Of a DNA stretch of 64,000 bases, positions 37,555 through 51,905 are shown piece after piece (the first letter of the stretch is position 1; each line of letters starts with the position of its first letter). Below the pieces are notes generated by a model that saw only the letters and a list, made by a program, of their open reading frames with translations, was not told the origin of the DNA and searched no databases. Both the position numbers and the translations under genes were made by a program. Source of the stretch: Monocercomonoides exilis PA203 (taxonomy: Eukaryota; Protista; Preaxostyla); NCBI GenBank assembly GCA_001643675.2, contig LSRY02000038.1, forward strand, positions 806,001 through 870,000. The letters are read 5' to 3'.

Positions 37555-40500
37555 TAGGCCTTTGCGACAAGGAAAAATAAAGCGATGCATGTCGGTCGTA
37601 AAGCAAAACCAGTGTCGAGGAGGGTTTTATATATATATATATATATTGTAATTAATTTTTCTGAAATATTCAGCTTGAATTTGAATTTCTTTCTGACATT
37701 ATAATTCGATAAAAATATATTTTTGGATGAACGAAAAATTGTGTATAAATCGTTTCGATAAAAAAGTTATTTGAAACCTCAATTATGAAAGGAAAAAGAC
37801 AAAACAAGAATTATTGAAAACAAATTTTTTTTCTTTGAAAAATTAAAAGAAAAAATCAAAATATTTCAATCAAACCAAAAAAAAAAAGAAAGAAAGAAAA
37901 TTGAATTGCGAAAACAGAAATTAGATATATGAAAAAATTCTGTTTCTGTTTAGATTATAGAAAAATATAAAATAAAGAAAATTGAAGTGATGCCGCTTGT
38001 TTTCATTTTAAACTGTCTGTTTCATTATTTGTGCATCTTTAAATGACCCATAATTGACGCTTCCAATTGACAGATGCCTGTTGCCAGTTGCCTTCAAAAA
38101 ATTGAATTCGTGTCTATCAAATGCAATTTGATTCTGATAAGGTGAAACAAATTATGATATAAATAGTCTATCTTTAATGTGAAGAAAAAGAAGAAGAAGA
38201 AGGAGAAAGAGAAGCAAATGGCGTGAATGAGGAAGACGGGAATGACAATTGCAGACAGTTTTGTGCAAAAATAGCAGAATTTGATGGAAGAGAAACCTGA
38301 GAAGACGGAGATATAAACATAGGTAATTGAGGAGGAGAATACGAAGGAGGAATCAATGTTGAGCGATGAAGTGCAGTTGCTGGTAACGAAAAGATTGATC
38401 TTATTGTCTATTATTTTGCGTATTTTTTAATTATTGTGGGCTTTACGATATGGAATGTGGAATAGGAACATCGTGTGTTACGGTAGGAGCTGCTATCCAA
38501 TAAAAAGTTTTCCAAAAAACATTAGTTGATTAAAGCATAGCTGGAGTTTCAGAAAATTCACTCACGAAGATGCTTCATTTTCACTTTCTGAGCTTCCTTT
38601 TTCTTCCTCCTTTTTAAATGTTGGTTCTCTTTCTCTTTCTTTTTCTCTTTCTTTCCCTCTCTCTCTCCTTTTCCCTCTGCATTTCGCCTTCCGTATCTTC
38701 TGCGCATCCACAAGCACCTAAAAGGATTGAACATCAACAAACTCGAACACCCCCTTAAAATCTTCTATCGTTTTCAAAGCATCCAGCTGCTCCTCATTCA
38801 ACAGCTACATCAGCCTCTTTCTTCAGCTTATTGCGAATTTCCGCAAACTTCTCGTCTTCCTGTTTTTGTTATTTTCCCACATTCTGTTTTGATTGGATTC
38901 GGTTCAACTCGGCTTCTTCCTGTTTTCGATTCTCATATAGAATCTTCTTCTCCTCCTTCCGCTTTGGCCATTCTTGATCATCCATTCTCTTTTGCTCGTC
39001 CCTCAGAATCTGCCAAACAGTAATGTTTTCTTTCCCTTCATTTTTCAGCTCCAATCATCTCTGTTGCCATCGCTCTTTAATCTTCAGCTGCTTCCGCTTC
39101 GCTTCCATTGCTTTATCTCTTCACTTCTCCTGTTCTTTTTTACGCTTCATCTGAATCTCCCTTTCTCTCTCTTCCATCCGAACTCCTTCGTTCATTCTCC
39201 CTGCTACGGGCTTCAACAATCTGTCGATTTTTTAAGTCTAATTCGTCTTTCGAGTCATCTGATTGAGCCTCTTTTGCTTCTGCTTTGCCTGTATTCTTCT
39301 TGTTCTCGTCTTCTTCAATCAGTCGTGATATCAAAGAATCTTCTCATTCCACTCCCTCTAACCAATTCTTCCTCTCGATTTTTTCATTTCTCTTTATCAT
39401 TCTGAAGCGCTCGTTTATTGCGATGATTGTACTTACACAAAGGACTCCTTCACTCTGTCTCTCATTTCCTCGTCCGACATCTCCTGCTCCATCAACCGCA
39501 AATACCGAACCCTCTCTTTCAAATATCGCAACATGTCGCTCCTTCGCTTTTGGTTGATGTGCTTCCAGTTCCAGCTCTCCCGCTTCCTCCTCATGCCTTC
39601 CAGCACATTCTGGATCACCCACTGCCACTGTTCCCGCAGCCGCTTCGACACAATTTTCCGCCCTATGCCAATCGTGTCAAGCGTCCAAAGATGCGTCGAA
39701 TCCACGTTAACTGGTGCAGCTGAAGGTGAAATCGAAGACGTCTGCAAAGAGATGAGTACATCATAAAAAGAAAAAAATGAAACAACATTTGAAAAAGTAG
39801 TGACGGGCGATGAAACTGACAAAGGCGAAGATGAAGAAGCAGAAAAAGCTGGTGATGCAGATATGATGCTGTTTTGAGGAGAAGTCATCTGAGGAGGAAC
39901 AAGCATATTTTGTCGTGTTGCATCTTATTTGATGTCAGTTGCTGTTGATGCTACTGTCTATTGTTTTACTGCAGATGCGTCTGAGAATTAAATATTAAAG
40001 AATTTTGTTCTATCCTTTGTGAATTTTCTTCACTTTGTGGTAAAGTTTTTTTGTGATTTAACAATGGACTGAAAATAGGTGGGCTCGCAATTTGTTGTGC
40101 ATTCAGTGAATAGAATGCAGATGATATTGATAGAATTAGTGTTAATGTGTAAGAAACTACAGAAGGATGTGATTGCATGTTCATCGCAGGAGAAATATTG
40201 CTTGACGAGGAAGTTTCAGGAGGAGGTTAAAGCTTCAGCTGGTATTTCTGCTGTTGCTGTTGCTGCTGTTGATGAAGCAATTGCATGTTTTGGAGGTAAT
40301 TTTGAATTTGAAGGAGAACATTTTGCTGCTGTAGATGCAATAAAGACCAGAAATTGTGGCAGAACAAGATGACGTTCTGTGAAGTTATTGATGTGATTGA
40401 GAAGATAGAAGAAGGAGAAGAGGAAGGTGGAGAAGGATGATGAAAGAGAAGATGAAGTTGAAAAAGTTGAATTGTGAAGAGGACAAGATGAGACGTTGGA

Positions 40501-41505
40501 AAGAGGAGAAGGAGAAGAGATTTTTAGATTTGATTGCAAAGGAAAAGATGGAATTATGAAAAGAGCATAAAAAAAACAAATAATAACCTTGCTGATAGTT
40601 ATTCTTCAGTTTTTCCTTTTGTTTTCAATATTAATTCAGCTTTCTTCTTCAAAATTGTTAGTTTTTTCTTTTTCTTATTTCCAGTCTCAAAGTTGAATTC
40701 CAAATATTTCCAAATTTTCACAGCTTCTTTCCATTTCCATTTGAATGAGATACTATCTGTTGTGCAATTTGAATATTGATGTGCAAATCTTCACTAATAA
40801 TGAAAAATCTTCATTAGTGAAAATAGTGATTCTGTCAAATATCTATCTTTATTTATCGAATACAATATTTAGTGCAATGATTTTTGTCAAACCTTCTTCA
40901 TGTATAATTTGCTATTTCCACAAATCTGAGTTTGTTTTCAGATCTTTAAATTTGTTATTATTATGGAATGCTCACAAAAATAAATTATTTTAATAATAAC
41001 GTTGATAACAATAAAATATGAAGGCTGACGAAGTGCTTTGATAAATGTGGTTTTGGACAACGAATAAATTATGTTTGACAGATAAACACTCAATTTCTTT
41101 CAAAAACTCAAAATTTATAAATGTTATAAATGATATTTAAAATAAAATTGTTTTGAAAGTCAATTTCTGAATAAAAAAAAGTTCTCAGAAAAGAATATCC
41201 ATTCGACAGATAGATCTTTTCGACTGACTGATCTTTCGCCCGACTGATCTGTGTCGATTGACTGATCTTGACAAAGATCTGTCAATTACCCATCGAAATT
41301 TTTTAATATAAATTAATTAAATATTTGTAAGTTGGAATCTTTGAAAATAAAATATATTAAAAAATGAAAATTAATTTAATAAAAATAATAATTCTTAGTC
41401 TTGATTTGTTGTTTTTTAGTTTATCAAAAAATAAAGTATTAGCAAACTGTCTTGTCGGTCGACTTGTCGAGCCATGAAAAAAATGTCGGTCTGTCGCAAA
41501 GGCCT
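37555..41505. mobile_element. ~3.95-kb non-autonomous TIR element (hAT-like TAGG terminus) with gene-like cargo
   Basis: Perfect 14-bp inverted repeat AGGCCTTTGCGACA (37556-37569) / TGTCGCAAAGGCCT (41492-41505). GTCG/CGAC-rich subterminal regions. The right 300 bp is homologous to 1650-1965. No TSD recognisable. Confidence 0.6.
38560..40780 (-). pseudogene. Decayed coiled-coil/Ser-rich gene of unknown family inside the TIR element
   Basis: Consecutive minus-strand ORF fragments (40539-40216, 39906-39433, 39334-39140, 39054-38869, 38740-38558) with protein-like composition, separated by stops and frameshifts. Confidence 0.4.
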
Positions 41506-44500
41506 CCCTGCGATATTATCATCTGAAGAAGTTTTAAAAGAAAAACTTGAAAAGAAGGAGATCGTTTGTTTATTTAAAACAAATGTCTTTTCTATTTGGA
41601 ATATTTTAATTTGAAGGAGAAACTTATCAAATTCCATTCTGAACAATTGAAAAAGTGTGGCTCTAAGTTTATTCAACTGGAAAAGCTTTGTGAATCAAAA
41701 TATGGACAAGGTTTGATAATTTTCAAGAAAACGGAAAGTTTTTTCTATGTGTGTGCAAAAAAGTTTTCAAGCATTTTCGTTAAAAAGAAGTATTCATATC
41801 GAAAATCACACTCGAATCTCTGAACAACTATTTGTGAATTTTATATGTCAAAGTTGAAAAAGATGGAACTCAAAAAAAGGATTGGCATCGATATTTCTCA
41901 TTTCCAAATTGCATAGACGGTGTTGCATGCGGAGCCACGGAGAGAAAAAATTGCATCACAATAGCTAACAACAAGTGTGATTTGTTGAAAACGCAACATA
42001 TATCAACATTACTGAAACAATTTCATCATCATGGCAAACGACTTTTTCTTGAAACTTCAGCTTTTCCCAAATTATCTTTTCTGAATCAAGATCTGGATAA
42101 ACAGTTTGTTGCAATGGTCAGAAAATGCAACATTTCTTTTACGGAAGCTTCATCGAAAGAAACGAACTCGTTTATTGTTTCATTAATAAGATATGGACAA
42201 GAGAATCCAAATGTTTCACCAAAAAATATTTTCCCATAATTGACAAGAAGGAAAATATCCCAGATGATTATCACAGAGAAAACCATTTCAGAAAAGGCTA
42301 AACAAAAAAGGATAGCAAACACAAGTCTCAGCATAATGATTAATGGAGCTTTGGTTGGAAACAAGCACCACACTGTTGTCACAGTTGTCCCAATATCATT
42401 GAAGGCTTCACCTTTGTTCTGGTGATTGTACGAGCAATGTTTCTCAACGGAGGAGTTTTTCAATCTGCTTCAACATTTGTCTCATGAATTCTTCGCTTTC
42501 AATTCTTTTGTGAGAAGTTACTACACAGACGGATTCGCTCCACAATTAAAAGCTATTCATCAAATTTCCAAAGAATGCTCAAACAAAAAGTTATTTGATA
42601 ATAAATGTGTTCCTGTTGCTCCAGAATTCATTTATTGTTGCAACAATCTTGTTAACTTGGTCATATCCACATCTTTCACTAAAGTTTCTTATTTGAACGA
42701 CTAAAAAATGAAATAGCTGCAATTTTCTCAAAAGTCCCATTGCAAAATCAACAGATCTTTGCTTTGAAAATCCGTTCCTTTCTTTGTCTCGACACGATGG
42801 CACAGTTTATATTTATTGTGTGAATTCATCCGGAAAAAATATGATGTAATTAACGCTAATTACATGTCAGACGCAATTAGTATAATTGATTTAATCAAAA
42901 CTGAATTACTATTGTATCCTTTGCACAAATTGCATTTATTCTTTGAACATGATTCAACAAAGTTGTAAGCCTTTCCTCAAATTCTGAAAACATTCGGCTA
43001 TTATTTCAGTTTGCTGTGACATTCACTTTTTTTTTGAAGAAAAATGGCACAATGCCATCACAAACATTTTGGTTCATTTGAACAACTACTTACTGGAAGG
43101 TGCCTGAAAAGAAATACTTTCTCTTTCATTTGCGGTATCTCCATTTGCCATGCAGCAATAACGCAGAAATAAATTTGTTCAGTTTTTTGTTGAATATTCA
43201 TCTTTCTTTCATAATTTTAACAAAGCTGATTGTTTTTCAAAAACCTCAGGCAGAAGTGTTGGAATCAACAAAACAGATCAAATTGTATCACATATTAACA
43301 GAACAAATAAAGAGCTTTCATCTTCAAGATGCACAACATCCAATATCATTATTGAACAGAGCAATTTTCAACACCAACATTCAGTTTTGAGCACAGACGC
43401 TCAATCTCAAGCACTAATTCGTTTGAGCTCGGAGAGTTCAAAGAAAGTGAACGTTTTTTTCAAAATCCTTTTCTTTGTTCTCTTGAAAATGATTTTTTAT
43501 ATTCGAATACTTCTTATAAAATAATTGTTCTTTCTGAAAAAACATTGAGAATTGACACATTGACACAGACATTGGATACTGATTTTGTCCAAGAAAATAC
43601 AACCGATAGTCAATCTGAAAGCGATGAACTGAGAATTCTTTCAGCGGAAGAAATCGAAGCAGGTGATATTAATAAATTATCAACTGATGAAGATGAATTC
43701 GAATATTGTGATCTTGTTGATAATAATGCTTTAATATCTTCCTCCTCCTCCTCCTCCTCTCCCCCAACCTCCACATCTTCATCTTTTTTTCCGCTTCAGC
43801 TTCATCATTATCGTCAACTTCTTTTCCTTCCTCTTCTTCCTCTTCATCTTCTTTTAATTTCAACTCTTCGATTGATGCAGGATTTGTTATCAAGCAAAAT
43901 GGTTTTAAAATGACATTTTTCAATATTTTTTCATTTTCCAACTTTTTTTGGGACTTTTGGAGAAATTTGACGAAACGGGAAAATATTTTGAAGATAAAGC
44001 AATTAAATACAATGAAGTATCATAATCAAACTTCAAAACTTCTTATGAAAGTGAGATTTATAAACCAAGCAACAAAAACGAAAATATTTCATCTCAAAGT
44101 GATAGCGAAGATGATCTCGTCGTGTTATTTTCAACGAAAAAATTGCTCTTTGCCAAAAGTCATCCAAAGAAAAGGAAATTGAAATGCAAACAAACATTAA
44201 AAACATACTTCTTACAGACTGGTATCCAAGGTTGCATGAATCCTTTGCAACATATATTAAAAAAGCAATTGGATGTTTGGATGAAGAGTTAACAAAGGGC
44301 TGCTTGTTACTGTTCCAAAGAGCTTTGAAATTGGATCCAGAATATCCTAACGAAGAAGATGCAGAAATCTTTTACAAAGCGCTTTATTCTTACGGAGATT
44401 TACGCATGATTTTCTCTGGCCTTTGCCTCACTCTGATTGCTTCTCCGTGTAGCGAGGTGAGCTGCGAAAGAGTAATTTCAAAAATGAGAAATATTCTTGG

Positions 44501-44555
44501 AGATTAGAGACACATTGATAGCGCAGAGACTCTGGAAGCTCTTCTTCAGATCTAG
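41506..44555 (+). pseudogene. hAT-superfamily transposase pseudogene
   Basis: YYTDGF (catalytic-Asp region), YCCNNLVNLVI (degenerate CxxH motif), VSTRWHSLY (hAT TRW motif, ~42785-42812) and C-terminal dimerisation motif LIASPCSEVSCERVISKMRNILGD*RH..AETLEALL (44430-44555). Many stops. Confidence 0.8.
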
Positions 44556-44879
44556 AAGTCTGTGAAAGTTTCTTTTGTTCAATGTGTCATAATGGAAAAA
44601 CTCCTTCACTCAATTCATTTTTTCTCATTCTGTGTATTCAGAGTAGTATTTCTTTTATCCAAATTCCGAATATGTAATATTTATAACAGATTTTTTGTCT
44701 GTCAAAAGAAGCTTTCATCAGCTTTATTTTTAATTCTTGCATTATCACTCTTTTTCACATTTCATCATTTCGTTATTTTCAAAAGATGTGCAATAATTCT
44801 AATATTAATTGTAATTTCTGTCGAATGAAACACAAATGACAAACTATTCATTTAGAAGCACTTGCGTTAACATTGTTGT

Positions 44880-47800
44880 ATAATTAATAAATAGAAAAGC
44901 TTAACTGGAGCAACAAAAGAGGAGGTAAATGCTTCCAGCTTTCCCAATATTCTGCTCCAACTTCTTCATTTTCATAACCGCCTTCTTCATCTTCTTCCAT
45001 TTCAAATACTGCTGCTGCAGCTGCTTCTAACAAATGATTCATTGAGCATATGCCATTCACCCATATCATCAATCTTCTGCTCTCTCTTCAATCTCTTCCC
45101 CTCATTCTTTCCATAATATCTTATGAATCTCACAATTTTTTTCTTTTCCATTTCATATCAAATTTCTGATCAAAATCTTTCCTCAATACGTCCCTTCATT
45201 TATTGTATCCTGATTTCTTTTAATGCAATCAGTAACACTCTTCCTTTATTCCATGCTTATTCATTGCAGTTGAACATTCTAGAAAAAGTCATAATTTCAT
45301 AAATATTAAAAAATATGGAATGTGATGCAAATAATTATCAAAAAAAACAAACCTAAATCTTTCGCAATTATCGTCTTTCGCAGATTTTCTTTCTTCTTCT
45401 GAAAATATCGTTTATTTCTTCCAACAAAGCTCATATTTCTCGACTGCGCCTCTTTTCTGCTTCATCAAATGAATATTTGATCAAGTCCTGTTTTCGATAA
45501 TGCTTCCACTCAAATAAAGCCATTAACTTTATTCAATAAAAAAATCAGAATATTTTCTTTTCATCAGAAGAATCCCTTCCCATCCCTTATCGCTGCATCA
45601 TCTTCTTCTCTTCATTTTCCCTCATTGCCAAAACGCACATCCGCCACACTTCCATTATCTCCTCCGCAAGCAATAACAAAATTCTTTTTTCCTTCACTCT
45701 CAATCTCCCCGTTCCACTAATCTCTTCTCCCAATGAAAATATTTGCTTCCATCATTTTTCTGTATCGAAAGATCGACGCTATCTTGTGATCAACCGCTCA
45801 TCTCGCTCCATCCACACAGCACATCTGCCTTCACTTCATCAATGCAAAGAGTTAGTATTAATGTTCCTTCTTCCCATCTTCCCCAGAACCCGCATCCATC
45901 CCTTGAATGACAAATGCAAGGCACGACCAAACAGTCCTCCAAATAATACACGAAATATAAAAAACTTCCCACACCTTCTTCTTCCTCTCTTCCACACAAT
46001 TTTCCACCGAAGTTTCCTCTATAACCGCTCATGTTCTTGCAATAACCTCCTATTACATACAAAATACACCTTCTCTGTCGGTGCGTTTAAAAAAACCATC
46101 TCCTCCCTTGCCTCTCCATTTCCTTTCCAATTCTTGTCCTCCTCTTTTTAATAATATTATCTGTACGATACACATATCTCCATGTTTCTGTCTCCTCTCT
46201 CCATCTCATCATTACTAATTACTTTTATCCACAATAAACACGAACGTTATCCTCATTTGTAATGATTTTAAATAAATAAAACTCTCTTTTCCCATCCACA
46301 GTCATTCATTACACATCCTTCATCCTTAGAAAATTCATGTGATAATATCTTCTCCTTCATTTCAAGCTTCTATTATTTTATCTTCTCCAGCATCCTGTAT
46401 CATTCCAGAAATCATTTGTCCCTTTCCGAACACATTGATGAATGTTTCGCGCACCTCAATAAAATCCATATGCCCTCACAACTGCGATAAATCAAGTTGT
46501 TCTATTTTTTCCTTTCATGTCCAAAAATTTTTATGGATACGATCAACTTATCTCTCACAAAATAATGAAACATTTCTTACTGGAGAATGGATTTCGAATT
46601 TAATCAGAATTTTCAGCACCAGAAATATAAAATTCAGTATTGATAATGGAATATTTTGAAGATAAATATCTGGATAAAGTGAAAATTAATTATTCTATTG
46701 AAAAAAAGGAAACGAATAGGATTCTTAATAGAAGACTGAGGGAAAAAACGAATGTTTTTAGTATGTGAGATTGATGAGCATTGAAAGGTCATTGAATGAT
46801 ATTCAACAGCGAAAACGAGAGTTAAATAACGCAGAAGGCATCAAATCTTTGAAATCTTCTATTCACTTGTTTTGACACATTTAACACTGTTCTTATCACC
46901 TTCTTCTCATCCACTTTGCTTTCACCAATAAATTAGTTGTTGACGTGCATGCTTACGGATTCATTTGCTTTTCATTCTTTATTCGCAATTTCTAAGAAAA
47001 TTTATTTTTCATCTTCAATAATGTTCTGGAAATCAAAACAAATATGAAGCCCTTTGGACATTTTGCTCTCTTTATGAAAGTTTATTCACATGTATAATCA
47101 TTTCATCGTTATCGCAGTGAGTGTCAATATATTAATAACATGATCAAAATAAATAAGATTTTCATGTTCATCATTAACTTTATCTTCTTCTTCAAAGACG
47201 AAAAATCATCAAAACTTTTTTTTCCTTCTTGTTTTTTATTCATTCAAAACATCTTAATTCAAATAACAACCTCATGAATGTTCCTCTTTTCACAAGCAAA
47301 ATAAAATGAACAGAAATTTTTAAGTTGAAAAAAGTGAATTCATCTCAATCACATTCGTTTTCTCATTTTTTCACTTCAAGTTATTCATTTTTCCTCAATG
47401 CAGTTAGCTGCACGTCAACATCAAAACTTCATGTTAAGCGCAATGATAATAGAGCTCAAATCTCCCGTATTCTTCCAAACAAAACACTCCTCCATCTCGC
47501 TTAGCATCGCCTCACTCTTTTCATTCGTCAACTCCCACTGCAACTCACGGAACTTCCAAAAACTTTCAACATTATCATCATCCTATGAATGGAAAAAACA
47601 CTTTATCATTGTCATTCTTCCTGTTCTTTTCACATATCCTCCTTGTTTCTTGTTTCCAAATTTTAAAAGTTCTTTCTTTTCATTCTTTCTATTTTTCATC
47701 TTCACAAATCACTTATGTGTAATAATCAACATTTTTAAAACAAAGTTTGTAAATTTAATGTCAATTATTCTTCATTCTTCTTTATCATCAATGTTAATTT

Positions 47801-47950
47801 CTTTTTCTTGTTTCTTATTCTTTGCAAAAGAATTCTTTTTCATAATAAATTTTTTATTAACACTTTCTTTTGTCAAAAAACTAGAAATTTTTCACATTTT
47901 TTGTCAAATGTGACTTTGTTTGTCTTTTCCAACAAAACAACTTTTTTCCC
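44880..47950 (-). pseudogene. Heavily decayed gene remnants, family unrecognised
   Basis: Purine-rich (on the minus strand) coding-like patches with short ORFs (45072-44884, 46062-45790). No diagnostic motif. Confidence 0.25.
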
Positions 47951-48224
47951 CATTCATTGACACAATAAATTTGTTTTCTTTTTCTGATGAAGTGAAAAAT
48001 TCAATTATAACAATTATTTAAAACAGATTTATTTCATTTTTGCTACAATAAAAATGTCGTTGACGAGAAAAAGCTTTTGATGTGAAATTCGCAATGGAGC
48101 GAATCAACAAACGCAAGAAGCAGGTTTGCTCCTCAATAATGAGTATTAATTAAAAGAATGGGTGATTTTAGATCAAACTTCGCCAACAATTTCACTTCTT
48201 TCACATTCCGTTGTCCGCAGGTGG

Positions 48225-49311
48225 AATGACTCTAGATACTGTTAGAGTGCCAAATAGCGACTGCGAGAACAGAGGATTTGATCTAATTCATAGGCTTTCA
48301 AGGGTAGAAAACATGATCGAAGAAATCACCAGAAGCCAAGCATGGTCAATGCAGTCCGGATCTACGGGGATGCTGCCAGTGAGAAAAGTGAAGAGGGAAC
48401 GATTAAAGAGAAGAAGCAGATCGAGATCGAGTGAGTCGGAGTCAGATGCAGATTTTGATGACCTGATCGCGAAGCGGAAACAAGTAAAGCGTGAGAGATT
48501 GTGTCGTTCAATTAGCCGTACGAGGAGACGTGAAGATGAAGAGGATAGCGACTGGGATTCGGAAGAGCAAGAATTTCAGGAAGAGAAGGAAGGAATAGAA
48601 GACTTTACTAGAATTTTTCCCAGGGAGTGGTTGACTCCCCGGAGATAAGGGAGCGAGTTGAGGAAGTTCATCGAATTTTGAAAAGCCGGCTCGAAAAGAA
48701 TGAGTGATGATATGTTGAATCCGTTTATCCCAGAGAGTGAGAAAGAGTTTTTTACAGGATACACAGACACAAATTGGAATACGCTAGCCAGAACAGCCAT
48801 CACAACAAAGGGGAGAAGAGACTTACCAGAAGCGAGTCGAGCAATCGAACTCATCCAGCCTGCCCTTGCATCTGGCTTTGAAGCAGCGAAAGCGATCTTA
48901 GCACTAACGACAAAGGAGCTGAAGAGAACTCACCAGTACGAGGAGGAGGACGGGCGGCTTAGGGGACTGTTCTGTGCCTATGCATTAACAGCTGACTGAA
49001 TCAGCAGAATAAATTCACTGAAAGTTATGAACCAATCGGGCTGGGAGAGCGCGAAAGGCTTTTAAGAAGGTGGAATGTCCAAGGAGGTGCCAGAGAACCT
49101 GAAGAAGCTGGTAGAGAGCACCAGCTTTTTTCAAGCAGAGGGAGATGCAACAGGATACGGTGCATCTCCCGACTCCACAACAGGTTTCGGACCCGCAACG
49201 GTCAGAAGTGGACCCCCGAGAAAATACAGTTTGGAAAGGAGAACCAAAGGATTTGTTTACAGACAGCTCCAGAGAAGGGGATACGGCAGGAGCTTCACAG
49301 ATTTCAGGTGA
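48225..49311 (+). pseudogene. DIRS ORF1 (gag-like), interrupted by stops
   Basis: In-frame ORF pieces 48211-48648, 48700-48999 and 49075-49311 lie between the left ITR and RT. Assignment is by position only. Confidence 0.55.
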
Positions 49312-51905
49312 AAGAAGAGAACGTCCCAGTTTCATGCACAGTTCGTCCCAACCATCACTGGAAGGCTAGTCCCTATTCCTGGACCATTTCCACCAGCTAC
49401 CCCAAGGACTCAAGGAGGGACAGCTATGGAATCAACGGTTGGAGCCAACAAATGGTCGCGAGAGAAGAGAGAGCCGCGCCTTGCCGCGAGACAGAGAGAG
49501 GAGAGAGAGGAGAGAGAGAAGAGAGAGAAGAGAGAGAAGAAAATTACAGCGAAATGAATATACAACGAGAAACCGTAGCTCCTGACGAGAAGCGATCAGA
49601 GACGGAAATGCAGAAACAACATGTGAATATCAGAGAGACTCTGAGCTCGTCAGACCAAAGGAAGGAAAGAGAACGAGAAACCACAGGGGATTCTGTGAGA
49701 GAGATATCGATAGAAGATGTGCGACACGAGACAACGAGAACAGAAGGAGACTCCGAATATCCCCGAGTGACGGGACAGAAGAGCGAGAGTGAGAATGGGA
49801 AGATAGTTTGGAGAACTTCTGGGACTGTTATCGAGTCCCCAATTTGGAGCGCACTGGAGGTGAGCTTGAAGATAGCTATTGCAGATACTCACGAAGAAGA
49901 AGGGAATACACAGATGCAGTCTGGCCACAAGACGCCAGGAGTGAGGGAGAGCATAGCGATTGGACAACCGAAGGAGCCACTTCCGGGGAGGCTAGTGAAC
50001 AGACTGAGCGAGTGGAAGAAGATTGGGGGAGACAAACTGGTGAGCAGTGGGATAAAAGCTCGATGGAAAAACCCCCAGTCCCCAATCTCACTTGAGGAAA
50101 GAAAATACAGACAAGAGTTTCGGGGGACGACGGAGATGACGAACAATTATTTATCCCTCTTGGAGGAGGAATTGAAGAACGGAGTGGTGAAGCCCATACA
50201 GGAGTCGGAGGTGAAGTGGTTCAACCCGATGTTCATGGTGATAAAGAAGAACGGAAAGTGGAGAAAGATCCTGGATTGCAGAACTCTAAACGAAGAAGTG
50301 CAGTGAAAACATTTCAAGATGGATTCCCAGGAGACAGCTGTGGAACTCCTGGAGGAGAACGATTTGAAGACCACTCTGGACATATCGAGTGCATATCAAC
50401 ATGTAAAGGAAAACGAACAATTCAGTCCCTTCACGTACTACAGCTTTTAGGATCAATGCAATGCTTTCAAAGGGATGCCATTTGGAGCGAAAGATAACCC
50501 CAGAGTATTCACAAAGATAATGAGGCGATCAGCGTCATATATCAGAGAAGCGTGGCAAGTGAAGTTAGTGATATATCTTGAAGATATTAATCTCATGCTT
50601 CCAAACAGGGATGCATTGAGATTGATCTCACAGGAGATAGCCCAGTTCCTGAGAAATCTGGGTTGGATACTGTCGGAAGAGAAGCTGAAGTTGGAACCCA
50701 CAAGGAGTGTGGAGTTTCTAGGATGGCTTTGGAATTCAGAGAAGATGGAAGTGACACTCCAGGAAAGGAAGAGTGTGCTGCTCCTGGAAGATGTGCGAAC
50801 CTGGATAGCACATGCAAAGAAAAGGAAGAGACAAAAGACGAGGGATCTGGAAGTGCTCCTCGGGAAGTTGAATTTTGTGAGGTTACAACACCCACCAGCG
50901 AGCTTGCAGATGACGTGTATGCAATACGTGCTGAGGTTGAATATAGTTCGCGGGGGCTGGAAGGGAACAATGATAGTCAACCCAATGATACTGGGAGAAT
51001 TAACACACTGGAGAAAGATCCTTCAAGAAAACAAACCGAGGTGTCTGAGGAAGAGAACAAGGCCAGCATTTCTCACAACGGATGCTTCAGAATTGGGTTG
51101 GGAGGCAGTGTTAACAATTCCGGAAAAGAACAAAGAGGAGAAGATATATGTCCACGGGAGTTGGACCCTCCAGGAGAGTGCGTTAGCGATAAACGAAAAG
51201 GAGTCCAGAGCAGTGTTGAGGACTTTAGAAAGGAAAGGAGCATGGCGGCAACAACAGAAGATAGACCATATTCATCTGAAGACAGACAATATGTCCACGA
51301 GATGGACAATACAGAAGAAGATGTGAGCGCCATCGCTCATTCCAACACTGAGAGCATTGGAGAAGAAACTGAACAGCCTGGACATTTCAATACAGACGGA
51401 ACATCTCCCGGGAGAGAAGAACACGGAAGCAGATGCACTCAACCGGATGGCGAAAAAGCCGGACTATGCACTGAAGGGGGAGAAGGTCGCAGAGATATTA
51501 CAAACAATCGCACCGAGAACACTAGATATAATTGCAGAACAGATTGCGCCGGTGCCCTGCGGAAGTACTTGGAGACTATCCTCTCTGAGAGAGAGGAGAG
51601 AGAAAGAAATGCAAGAAAACGAGATGGTGTTAGTCCACCCGTTCCTGAGAAGCATTGTACCTGTGCTGAAAGAGAAGATGAACGAAGCCCAGAGGGATCT
51701 GACGACTCTGATTCTACAAGCTTGGCAGGGGCAGACCTGGACCCCGCTACTGCAGCCTGGGCTATTGATAACGAATCTGGGGACCTTTCAGGGGTGCATG
51801 ATACCGGGAGCGAAGATGAGGAAGGAAGGCTGGAAATTACCCCCAGGAGAGGTTATAAGCGTTATACTGGAGAGGAAAATATTCAAGAAAGGGACCTCTT
51901 CTTAA
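49308..51905 (+). pseudogene. DIRS reverse transcriptase - RNase H - methyltransferase-like ORF, interrupted
   Basis: RT: WFNPMFMVIKKNGKWRKILDCRTLN, HFKMD, LDISSAYQH, MPFG, YLED (YxDD position), FLG. RNase H: LTTDASELGW, INEKE, TDN, HLPGEKNTEADAL. MT-like: HPF..I..VL..LILQAWQGQTWTPLL. In-frame stops at 50304, 50448 and 51324. Confidence 0.9.

Noticed and set aside
41200-44827. 11-bp inverted match CATTCGACAGA / TCTGTCGAATG as TIRs of the hAT element
   Set aside because: Short, no 8-bp TSD, not a typical hAT terminus, and it overlaps the better-supported 37555-41505 element. Could be chance.
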